NCBI GenBank assembly: GCA_963748625.1
Contig: CAVVJT010000002.1
Location: 96,001-160,000, forward strand
Length of the DNA stretch: 64,000 nucleotides
Origin: an uncultured Chloroflexia bacterium
GTDB taxonomy: Bacteria > Chloroflexota > Limnocylindria > Limnocylindrales > CSP1-4
Reading direction: 5' to 3'
Made by a program: the position numbers and the translations under genes. The first letter of the stretch is position 1. The number at the start of each line of letters is the position of its first letter. Below the pieces are notes generated by a model, which searched no databases, was not told where the DNA came from, and saw nothing but the letters and a program-made list of their open reading frames with translations. Positions 44,762 to 52,886 of this stretch are shown one piece after another.

Positions 44762-45790
44762 ATGACCGACCAGCCCGGAGTGCCGCCCGACGGCACGCCC
44801 GCAGCGTCCCCTGGCCTGACGCCGGCCTCGCCGCCCGTCGCACCGCCTCCGATGCCTGCTCCGCCCGCTGCCGCCCCCGGGTGGGCCTCGGCAGCTCCGA
44901 CACCGCCGTCGCCCGCAGGCTGGGGTGCACCCGCCCAGGCACCGGCCGCACCCGCCCCGACGCCTCCCGCCGCCGGCTGGGGCGCACCGGCATCGGCCAC
45001 AGGCTGGAGCGCACCCGCCCCGGCACCGCCGGCCACCCCCGGCTGGGGCCCGCCGCCCGGCGCCACCCCCGGCTGGGGCGCACCGGTCCAGGTCATGGCC
45101 AGGCCCAAGCTGATGGCGCGGACCGGCATGAAGACGACCCTCGCCGTCGCCGCGATCATGGTCGGCGTGGTGGTCGGTGTGAACCTGGTCAACGCCGCCG
45201 TCCCCCTGCCGACGGAGTTCGTGGACCCCGGCACCAACCCGGCCATCCAGGTCGTCCCCACCGAGGAGCCCGGCCAGCCGACGCAGCCGCCGGAGCCCGC
45301 CCAGACCCTCGAGCCTGGCCAGACCGCGGAACCGACGGCGGCGCCCATCGATCCGGGCCCCGTCAGTGGCGGTACATCCGTCACCGTCAACGATGCCTAC
45401 ACCGTGGTCATGCCCGACGGATGGGTCCTCGTGGAGGAGGGCGACGGGGCCCTCCTGTTCCAGAAGGGCAGCGTCACCTTCGTCGTGGGGGGGGCCTCGT
45501 TCGAGGGGACGGTCACCGAGCTGGCCAGCGCGTATCGCGATGTCTTCTTCCAGAACGGCAACCTCACGGGCACGGAGCCCGAGGCGGGCGCCACCAGCAC
45601 CGGGATCCCGATCGCAGGCCTCAACTACACGGGCACGCTCGACAACACGCAGGTGGACGGCTTCATCTTGGTCGCCCTCGAGGGGGGCTCGGGATTCATC
45701 AGCAACGCCTTCGGGCCGACGGGCGCGCTGCAGGCCGTCTCGGACGACCTCTCGATGATCCTCAACTCGATCCGGCGCGTGGGGGAGTGA
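44762..45790 (+). CDS. Single-pass membrane protein: Pro-rich GWxxP-repeat N-terminus, TM, extracytoplasmic domain
   Basis: GGAGAGG RBS; six GW(G/S/A)(A/P/S) repeats; TM LAVAAIMVGVVVGVNLV; PDGW-containing outer domain. Confidence 0.8.
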   Translation: MTDQPGVPPDGTPAASPGLTPASPPVAPPPMPAPPAAAPGWASAAPTPPSPAGWGAPAQAPAAPAPTPPAAGWGAPASATGWSAPAPAPPATPGWGPPPGATPGWGAPVQVMARPKLMARTGMKTTLAVAAIMVGVVVGVNLVNAAVPLPTEFVDPGTNPAIQVVPTEEPGQPTQPPEPAQTLEPGQTAEPTAAPIDPGPVSGGTSVTVNDAYTVVMPDGWVLVEEGDGALLFQKGSVTFVVGGASFEGTVTELASAYRDVFFQNGNLTGTEPEAGATSTGIPIAGLNYTGTLDNTQVDGFILVALEGGSGFISNAFGPTGALQAVSDDLSMILNSIRRVGE

Positions 45791-45791
45791 C

Positions 45792-47411
45792 ATGACCGCC
45801 CAGACCGCACCCACCCTTGAGCCCACCGCTCCGGCGATCGCGTCCGCGCCAACCTGGGGCACGCAGACCGGCTTCTTCCAGAAGCGCCAGCCGGCGTTCT
45901 GGCTCTTCGTCTTCACCCTCGCCGCCACCGGCCTCGCCGCGCTCGCGGAGCAGCTGAGCTTCCTCGCGGGTGCCCCCGGCGCCTGGTTCGTCACCGTCCT
46001 GCTGCTGGTCCCATACGCGATCCCGGTGATCGCGATCATCTACTACCTGGACCTCTACGAGCGGGAGCCGCTCTCGATCCTGGTCGCCGCCGTCCTGTGG
46101 GGCGGCTTCGTGGCGACGACCCTATCCATGTACACGAACACGCCGCTCGACGAGTTGATCTTCAAGGTCACCGCCGACCCCCAGTTCACGCTGGAGTGGA
46201 GCGCGGCGCTCACGGCGCCATTCGTGGAAGAGGGGTTCAAGCTCCTCGGGATCATCCTGCTCGTCTCGATCGCCCGCGACGAGATGGACGACCTCCTCGA
46301 CGGCTTCATCTGGGGCGCGATGGTCGGCATCGGCTTCCTGCTGGTCGAGGACATCTTCTACTTCATGCGGGCCTACTTCGAGCAGGGCAGCTTCGTCGAC
46401 CTGTTCTTCATCTGGCTGATCCGCATCGTGGGGGCGGGCCCGTACAGCCATTTCCTCTACACCGGTCTTGTCGGCATGGGCGTCGCGTACTACTACACCC
46501 AGCTGGACAAGCCGAACAGCCGACGCCTGGCAATGGCGGCCGGTTACATCGCGCTGGGCGTCGGCGCCCACTTCATCTGGAACTCGCCGCTCCTGAGCGG
46601 GCTTGCCGAGGGCGGGCTCATCGGGTTCTGGCTGATGCTGACGATCAAGGGCCTCCCGATGCTGATCGGGCTGGTGATCCTGATCCGCCTCGCCCGCAAG
46701 CGCGAGCGCAAGTGGTTCGCCACGTTCAGCACGACCTTCCATGACGATGGGGCGGTCACCGAGGCCGAGGTTGGCGAGCTGTCCGGACTCCGGGCCCGCC
46801 GGCGCGCCCGGAAGGCTGCCCTGCGCGCAAAGGGCCCGATGGGCGAGCAGCTCAAGGGCCAGATCCAGCGGGAGCAGATGACCCTGGTCCAGCTGATGAG
46901 CCGGCACGGCGCCGAGGACAACCCCGAGGTCGCCGTGCAGCAGGCCAAGGTGCACGCGCTCAAGGCCCAGTACGACGCGCTTGCCGGTCCGACGCCGTAC
47001 TCGGCGCAGCCGACGTGGGTGCAGCCGGCGGTGGGCGCGCAGCAGGCGTGGGGACAGCCGGCGCCCGTGACCCAGCCTGCGGTGGCCCAGCCGGCACCGG
47101 CCCAGCAGGGGTGGGGGCAGCCGGTGGTCGCGCAGCCCGCTCAGCCCGCTCAGCCCGCGGTGGTCGCGCAGCCCACGGTGGTCGCCCAGCCTGCGGTGGT
47201 GGCCCAGCCCGCGTGGGCTGCGACGCACCTCGTGCCCGATGGCGGCCTGCCCGCCTGGCCTGCGCCCGACCCCGCACAGCCGGTCGCGGCCAGCCTCAAC
47301 CCCGGCCTCGAGGTCGCGGTGACGGAGCGGGCCGGCGACTGGGCCCGGGTCGTGGCCGTCAACGGCTGGAGCGGCTGGGTGGACGGCCGGAGGCTCCTCG
47401 CCCGGGGTTGA
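45792..47411 (+). CDS. prsW: PrsW-family intramembrane glutamic protease with C-terminal SH3-like domain
   Basis: DLYEREP, APFVEEGFK, GFLLVED, SHFLYT, HFIWN; tail GDWARVVAVNGWSGWVD. Confidence 0.88.
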   Translation: MTAQTAPTLEPTAPAIASAPTWGTQTGFFQKRQPAFWLFVFTLAATGLAALAEQLSFLAGAPGAWFVTVLLLVPYAIPVIAIIYYLDLYEREPLSILVAAVLWGGFVATTLSMYTNTPLDELIFKVTADPQFTLEWSAALTAPFVEEGFKLLGIILLVSIARDEMDDLLDGFIWGAMVGIGFLLVEDIFYFMRAYFEQGSFVDLFFIWLIRIVGAGPYSHFLYTGLVGMGVAYYYTQLDKPNSRRLAMAAGYIALGVGAHFIWNSPLLSGLAEGGLIGFWLMLTIKGLPMLIGLVILIRLARKRERKWFATFSTTFHDDGAVTEAEVGELSGLRARRRARKAALRAKGPMGEQLKGQIQREQMTLVQLMSRHGAEDNPEVAVQQAKVHALKAQYDALAGPTPYSAQPTWVQPAVGAQQAWGQPAPVTQPAVAQPAPAQQGWGQPVVAQPAQPAQPAVVAQPTVVAQPAVVAQPAWAATHLVPDGGLPAWPAPDPAQPVAASLNPGLEVAVTERAGDWARVVAVNGWSGWVDGRRLLARG

Positions 47412-47425
47412 TCAGGCCTGCCGCG

Positions 47426-50245
47426 TTACCGGTCCGATGCAGGGCCGGGACCCCATGGTCCGGTGAGCCCGGCCGGCTCCGGTCCAGGTTGTCCGGTGGC
47501 GGCCTCCACGACGGTGGCTCCGCTGTCGGCCGATCCGCCGGCAAGGGCAGGGGCCATCCCTGCGGTCGCTCCACGGAACAGCGTGGTCTGCAGCGCAGTT
47601 CCGAACCTGTTGACGAGCACGTAGCGTTCCGTCGCCGACGTCCACACGATCGACGGCATGTCGTTGTACCGGGATGTGTCGCTGGCAAGGGCGATGCGGT
47701 CAGGGCTGGTCCACATGGCGCCGTTCGTGCTCGACTCCGACCACACCAGGTCCGAACCGTTGCCCGGGTCGCAGCCACCGCAGAAGGTGTACTCGCCCGA
47801 TGCGGCGGCCGCGATGCCGGCTGTCCCGAACAGCGCGATCGCCGGCCCGTACAGCTGGTAGGTGCTGGGGCTGCCGTTCTCGTCGAGACCCCAGCCCGTC
47901 GGCACGACCCGCTTCGGCCCCCAGGTCCCGCTGGTCCGGATGCGGACGTTGAGGTTGCCGTCGAGCCAGGCGACGCCGATCCGGCTGCCGGCGATCGCCA
48001 GCCCGGCCATGTCCTGCGCCCCGGGGAGGGACGTGGCCGTCCCGAAGCTCGTCCCGGTGTTCGTGGAGATGCGCACCTTGGTGGACCCGTGCAGCGACGC
48101 GATCCACGCGACGGCGATGGTCTTCCCGCTCACCGCCACGTTCACCAGGCCTGTCCTGCCGCCGAATCCCTTGACCGAAGTGGTGCCCACCTTGACCGTC
48201 TTCCACGTGCGGCCTCGGTCCTTGCTGGTGGCGACCTTGACGTCGCCCGTGGCGGCATTCGTGTAGCCCACCACGACCGTGGATCCGCTGATCGCAATCG
48301 ACGGATGGTCAACCCGGCCACTGGTGCTCGTGATGCGCTGGGCCGATCCCCACGATCCGCTGCCGGAGTTCGTGCTCACGCGGACCCATAGCACGCGGGG
48401 CGCCGTCGCCCCAAGGTTGAAGACCTTCGCTGCTGAGACCCAGGCGACGGCGACCTTCCTTCCGCTCGCTGCGGTGACCGGCCAGAAGCCGTGCTTGTTG
48501 CCTGGGTTGACACGGGTGCTGGACGACCACGACGCGCCGCCGTTGGTGCTGCGGTTCAGGTACACGGGCATGTAGGGGCCGGTGTTCTTCACCGGCTTCG
48601 AGCCTGCGTACCCTGACGAGCTGACCTGGACGAGCGTCGTCGTCCCACCGTCCACGGCCCGCGCAAGCGCGCCACCGAGGTTCCATCGGCCCCCGAGCGA
48701 TGCTCGCGCCGTCCACGTGGCGCCGAGCGCCGGGAGCGCGTTGCTGCCGGTGATCTGCGACGCTCGGTGACCGACGAACCCCGGTCCCTCGACGACAACG
48801 TCCACCGACTGCGTGTTCCCGTCCCATGGCGATGGGATTGCCGGCGGCGCATAGCGCACCGTGATCGAACATGATCCAACCGCCGGGATGCCCTCGGTGC
48901 AGCCGTTGCCGATTACGGAGAAGAGGTCGGTGCGCCCGTTCGCGAGCACCACCGAGGTGATCGGCTGGGCGATCGCGGCCTCCGACGTGAGGGTCACCAC
49001 GGCATCGGCGGTCTGGCCCGGGCGGATGGTGTCGATGACGACCGACGGGGTGATCGACACCGGGTTCGTGCCAGTCACGCTGAGCGCCACCACCTTCGCT
49101 CCCTGGTTCGGCCCCAGGTTGACCGACAGGGTCGCTGAGGCCTCGGCCACGCCCGGAGGCGTCGCCGTCACGTCGATCGTGCAGGTCTCCCCGCCGGCGA
49201 TCGGCACCCCGGTACAGCCGTCGGCATCGATCGAGAATGCGGATGGCGTGATGCCGCCCAAGGTCACGCCCTGGACCGTGCCAGTGCCCGGCCCGGCGAA
49301 GGCGACGGTGATCGCCCCCGGCCCCGAGGTCGTGGTGGCGGGAGCGCTGCCGAGCGGGAGGGAGGACGGTGCGACCGCCCACGGGTCCATGACGGGAATC
49401 GACAGGTGGCCATACCAGGTGGCCCGCTCGAGATCCGTGACGACCCGGATGGAGCCGGACTGGAGGCCGGGCCCGATCGGCGCGATGTGGACCGCCGCCG
49501 TGCAGGTCTCGCCCGGGTCGAGCGTCACGCCAGAACATGTCTCGGCATCGAGCGTGACGGGGGGCCCGCCGGAGGTGAGACCCAGCTCGCTGATCGCAAC
49601 CGGCATGGTGCCGTGGGCGGTGAGCGTCCAGGTCCGGTCCGTTGTCTCGCCGGGGTACATGGCGGGAACGGCTGGCATGGTCGCAGACAGCCATGCGTAG
49701 GGGTGGCTGGAGTTGATCCGGACCGTGTAGCTCGCCGCCTCGTTGGGGCAGGTCGCGTCCATGGCCAGCTTCGTGACGGCGTTGGTCTCCAGCACGGCCT
49801 CGAGCTCCCAGACCGTGATCGTGGCCTGCTCGCAGTTCGCGCCGGCGCCAGCGCCCCGGTTGTACCAGAGCGGGAGGCCCGTGTAGGTGTGCCCCAGCTC
49901 GACCTCCTTGCCGGCACCGGCCCAGAGCTGGACTCTGACGCTCGTGGACGTTGCCTGGTCCCAGAAGCCGGCGGTCAGATAGCCCTCACCGTTCTGCGCC
50001 ACCGTCCATGCCGCCGCATCAACCGTTGACGCCGGGGCGCGGTACTCCGTCCGGCGGTCCGCCTGGAGGTCCCCCTGGCGCCGGTCCACCGTGACGAAGG
50101 TCTCGGCTGCGAGGGGAGCCTGTGCGGTTCCGGCGTCTGCCGCGCGGGCAGCACCTGACAGGGCAGCCGCAGGCGCCGACCCGGCGCTGACGAGCAGGAT
50201 CGCGGACAGCATGGCCGCGACGACGCCTGTCGTACGTGTGTGCAA
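47426..50245 (-). CDS. Large secreted protein with three Cys-containing Ig-like (ASH-type) domains and an Asp-box/BNR beta-propeller
   Basis: Signal peptide; three Cys pairs (CSGVTLDPGETC, CTGVPIAGGETC, CTEGIPAVGSC); Asp boxes STNGGASW, STNSGSGSW, SKDRGRTW, STNTGTSF, STNGAMW; TTG start after GGAGGG. Confidence 0.8.
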   Translation of the reverse strand: MHTRTTGVVAAMLSAILLVSAGSAPAAALSGAARAADAGTAQAPLAAETFVTVDRRQGDLQADRRTEYRAPASTVDAAAWTVAQNGEGYLTAGFWDQATSTSVRVQLWAGAGKEVELGHTYTGLPLWYNRGAGAGANCEQATITVWELEAVLETNAVTKLAMDATCPNEAASYTVRINSSHPYAWLSATMPAVPAMYPGETTDRTWTLTAHGTMPVAISELGLTSGGPPVTLDAETCSGVTLDPGETCTAAVHIAPIGPGLQSGSIRVVTDLERATWYGHLSIPVMDPWAVAPSSLPLGSAPATTTSGPGAITVAFAGPGTGTVQGVTLGGITPSAFSIDADGCTGVPIAGGETCTIDVTATPPGVAEASATLSVNLGPNQGAKVVALSVTGTNPVSITPSVVIDTIRPGQTADAVVTLTSEAAIAQPITSVVLANGRTDLFSVIGNGCTEGIPAVGSCSITVRYAPPAIPSPWDGNTQSVDVVVEGPGFVGHRASQITGSNALPALGATWTARASLGGRWNLGGALARAVDGGTTTLVQVSSSGYAGSKPVKNTGPYMPVYLNRSTNGGASWSSSTRVNPGNKHGFWPVTAASGRKVAVAWVSAAKVFNLGATAPRVLWVRVSTNSGSGSWGSAQRITSTSGRVDHPSIAISGSTVVVGYTNAATGDVKVATSKDRGRTWKTVKVGTTSVKGFGGRTGLVNVAVSGKTIAVAWIASLHGSTKVRISTNTGTSFGTATSLPGAQDMAGLAIAGSRIGVAWLDGNLNVRIRTSGTWGPKRVVPTGWGLDENGSPSTYQLYGPAIALFGTAGIAAAASGEYTFCGGCDPGNGSDLVWSESSTNGAMWTSPDRIALASDTSRYNDMPSIVWTSATERYVLVNRFGTALQTTLFRGATAGMAPALAGGSADSGATVVEAATGQPGPEPAGLTGPWGPGPASDR

Positions 50246-50385
50246 CGTTGCCTCCCCTCCCGATCCCCGGACGCGCGCTGAGCATACGTCAGGCGCGTGG
50301 CCGTTCCGACACGTGACCGCGCCGGCGGAGGCGCAGGCGTAGCATCGTGCGCACGAGCGTCCGCCGCCCAGTCCGAGGAGTTCCG

Positions 50386-50685
50386 ATGTTCAAGGCGATG
50401 ATCCTGCTGACGAAGCGCGACGACCTCACCACCGAGGAGTTCCGCCGCTGGTGGCTCGAGGAGCACCGGCCCCTGGCGCTCGGGCTGCCCGGCCTGCGCA
50501 AGATGGTTGTGAACATGGTCGACGAGGGTCCCGAGGACGGGATCGATGGTGTGGCCGAACTCTGGTTCGACACCCGGGACGACTTCGTCGCGGCCTACGC
50601 CACGGACCATGGCAAGGCTGTCGCTGCCGACTCGATGGCCCACAACAAGGCGCGGGTCCGCTACTTCATCACCGAAGTCGAGTAG
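50386..50685 (+). CDS. EthD-family (dimeric alpha-beta barrel) protein
   Basis: EEFRRWWLEEHRPLALGLPGL, DGVAELWFD; GAGGAG RBS. Confidence 0.88.
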   Translation: MFKAMILLTKRDDLTTEEFRRWWLEEHRPLALGLPGLRKMVVNMVDEGPEDGIDGVAELWFDTRDDFVAAYATDHGKAVAADSMAHNKARVRYFITEVE

Positions 50686-50721
50686 TCGGGGGGCACCGCC
50701 CCGCCCCGGACTCCCGCAGTT

Positions 50722-50832
50722 GCCCCACCTGTGGGCCGAATCTGCAGCTCGCACGCACGTACTGCGTCGCAAACCCTGACTTTCGTGCCCGGACCACGCT
50801 CACGACCCGCGGAATTGGCCCCCACGTGGGGC
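50722..50832. repeat. REPIN-like inverted doublet between convergent genes
   Basis: 50722-50745 matches the reverse complement of 50809-50832 at 19 of 24 positions; each unit is internally palindromic (CCCAC..GTGGG). Confidence 0.6.
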
Positions 50833-50996
50833 GGACCGCAGGTCCGGCGCTGTGCGAGACGGGGCACGGCCGCGCGGTTCGCGCCGACGCGGCCGCACGG
50901 ACCGGAACTGCCGCGCCGTGGACCGGTGGCCGCGCTGCGGGCCGGTGACGCGCGCGTCGACCGTCACCGCCGTGCGCAGGCCGCACCGTGGATGGG

Positions 50997-51689
50997 TCAG
51001 TGTGCCCCGTGGCCTCCGGGGCCGGCCTCGATCGCCGGTGCCGCGTCGATGTCCGGATCCGCGTGGCCCCATCCGGCGATCGCCCGGCCCACGGCGGAGA
51101 TCGCCAGGAGGAGGCCCAGGATCAGCACCGGCAGCGTCGCCACCGGCTGCTCGCCCGTGGCGGGGTCGGCGGGCGGCAGCGCGATCAGCCCGATCGCCGT
51201 GATCAGCACGCCCAGCCCGAACTGGATGACGATGGAGACCGAGCGGCGGTGCTTCTCATACCAGCCGATCGCCGGGTCAGGGCCGTCGGTGGCGTGCCCG
51301 TCATCCTCCCAGATGCGGATGCCGTTGAGCACCGTCCCGATGCCGATGGTGAGCCCCACCAGCAGCATCGGCAGGTTGAGCGTGAGGCCCAGCGTGCCGT
51401 CCGCCGCGGAACCGCCGGTGACGAACGCCAGGGCGCACAACGCTATGGCGAGGAGCATCCCGCCCGCGTGCATCACCAGCAGCGTGCGTCCGTTCGGGCG
51501 CCACCGCAGGCGCCGCGGCAGCGCGCGGCGGTAGCCCGACCACGACCGGTACAGCCAGAACAGGTAGACCAGCACCAGCCCCAGCAGCAGGATCGGGATC
51601 AACAGCACCAGCTGGCCCCAGTCCGGCGTGATGAGGGGCGTGAGAAGCTCGATGAAGCTGTTGAAGAGCGAGGTCAGGGCGTCCATCAA
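50997..51689 (-). CDS. Polytopic membrane protein, last gene of the oxidase operon
   Basis: About five hydrophobic segments; overlaps the upstream gene's stop. Confidence 0.78.
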   Translation of the reverse strand: MMDALTSLFNSFIELLTPLITPDWGQLVLLIPILLLGLVLVYLFWLYRSWSGYRRALPRRLRWRPNGRTLLVMHAGGMLLAIALCALAFVTGGSAADGTLGLTLNLPMLLVGLTIGIGTVLNGIRIWEDDGHATDGPDPAIGWYEKHRRSVSIVIQFGLGVLITAIGLIALPPADPATGEQPVATLPVLILGLLLAISAVGRAIAGWGHADPDIDAAPAIEAGPGGHGAH

Positions 51690-52261
51690 GCTGCCTTCTC
51701 GAAGTCCATGTCGTCGTTGTCCAGCATCCGGAAGACCGTCCAGCCGGCGAACAGCACGAGGCTGATCGGGATGCTGACCATGAAGACCACTAGGATGGCA
51801 TCGATCAGGCCCGGTCGGGGGGTGACGATGAGGCCCAGCGATCCGGACGGGTGGATCGTGCAGGCGAACACGTTGACGGCCGCAGCCTCAGCCACGATCG
51901 TGAGCGCCTGGCCCGGGTTCACCTGCCAGCCACCCAGCGTGTGGACCACGATGTCCTGGTTGTCCAGCACGAGGCGGTCCCCGGAAACGAGGCGCACTTC
52001 GGACGGCAGCGATGCCGGCCGACCCGCGGCGATGTCATCGGCTGTGCCGCGCGGGATCACGAGCGACACGTCCTTGGGCGGGGCGACCTGGTCCACGCCG
52101 AACGAGGTCCAGGCCACCACCGTCAGCAGGGTTCCCAGGGTGAACCCGAGGACAAGCGAGCCAGCGAGGATGCGCAGCGAGACACGCTCCGCGACGGTCC
52201 GCCGCCAGCCCGAGGGCTGGGCAGGCGTGGTCGCGGCGAGCGGCAGGCCGGCAGGTGTCAC
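51686..52261 (-). CDS. Membrane-anchored cupredoxin-like protein (TM - Cu domain - TM)
   Basis: LDNQDIVVH...FACTIHP, i.e. His/Cys/His ligands, flanked by TM helices. Confidence 0.72.
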   Translation of the reverse strand: MTPAGLPLAATTPAQPSGWRRTVAERVSLRILAGSLVLGFTLGTLLTVVAWTSFGVDQVAPPKDVSLVIPRGTADDIAAGRPASLPSEVRLVSGDRLVLDNQDIVVHTLGGWQVNPGQALTIVAEAAAVNVFACTIHPSGSLGLIVTPRPGLIDAILVVFMVSIPISLVLFAGWTVFRMLDNDDMDFEKAA

Positions 52262-52271
52262 GGGACGCGGA

Positions 52272-52886
52272 TCACAGGATGTAGAGCACCGGGAAGACGA
52301 TCACGAGCCACATGATGTCCACGAAGGTCCAGAACCGGACGACGCCGGTCGCGCCCCAGTGGTCACCCGGGCCGAAGTGGCCGCGAATGCCCAGCCAGAA
52401 CAGCAGGCCCATGGCCAGCAGGCCCTGGAGCAGGTGGAACACGTGGAGGCCGGTCATCGCGTAGAACGCGGTGCCGTACGGGGAGCTCATGGAGAACTCG
52501 GCGGTGGTCCACTCGACGACCACGCCGCCGATGAAGATGACGCCCAGGACGAAGGCCGCCGCGATCGAGAGCACGAACTGCGTCCGGTTGCCCTTGGAGA
52601 TGCCCTTCACGCCGCGGTAGCCGAACCACGACGACAGGAGGAGGATCCCGGTCATCGCGATACCGAGGGGCATGTTGACATGCTCCTTCTCGGTGCCCGC
52701 GAGGTAGAACCGGGCCGCCGCCATGGCCAGGAAGAGCATCGTCTCCGAGGCCATGAAGAACAGCAGACCGAGCCGGTTCATGCCCGGCACATCGTGCTCG
52801 TGCTCGTGCTCGTCGCCGTGCGCCACGGCGTGGGTGTCGTGGTGGAGGGCGGACTCGGCCGCCGGCTCCAGCGTCAGCGCGGTCAT
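52272..52886 (-). CDS. ctaE: Heme-copper oxidase subunit III
   Basis: FMASETMLF, LLLSSW, YGTAFYAMTGLHVFH, FWTFVDIMW; His-rich N-terminus. Confidence 0.92.
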   Translation of the reverse strand: MTALTLEPAAESALHHDTHAVAHGDEHEHEHDVPGMNRLGLLFFMASETMLFLAMAAARFYLAGTEKEHVNMPLGIAMTGILLLSSWFGYRGVKGISKGNRTQFVLSIAAAFVLGVIFIGGVVVEWTTAEFSMSSPYGTAFYAMTGLHVFHLLQGLLAMGLLFWLGIRGHFGPGDHWGATGVVRFWTFVDIMWLVIVFPVLYIL

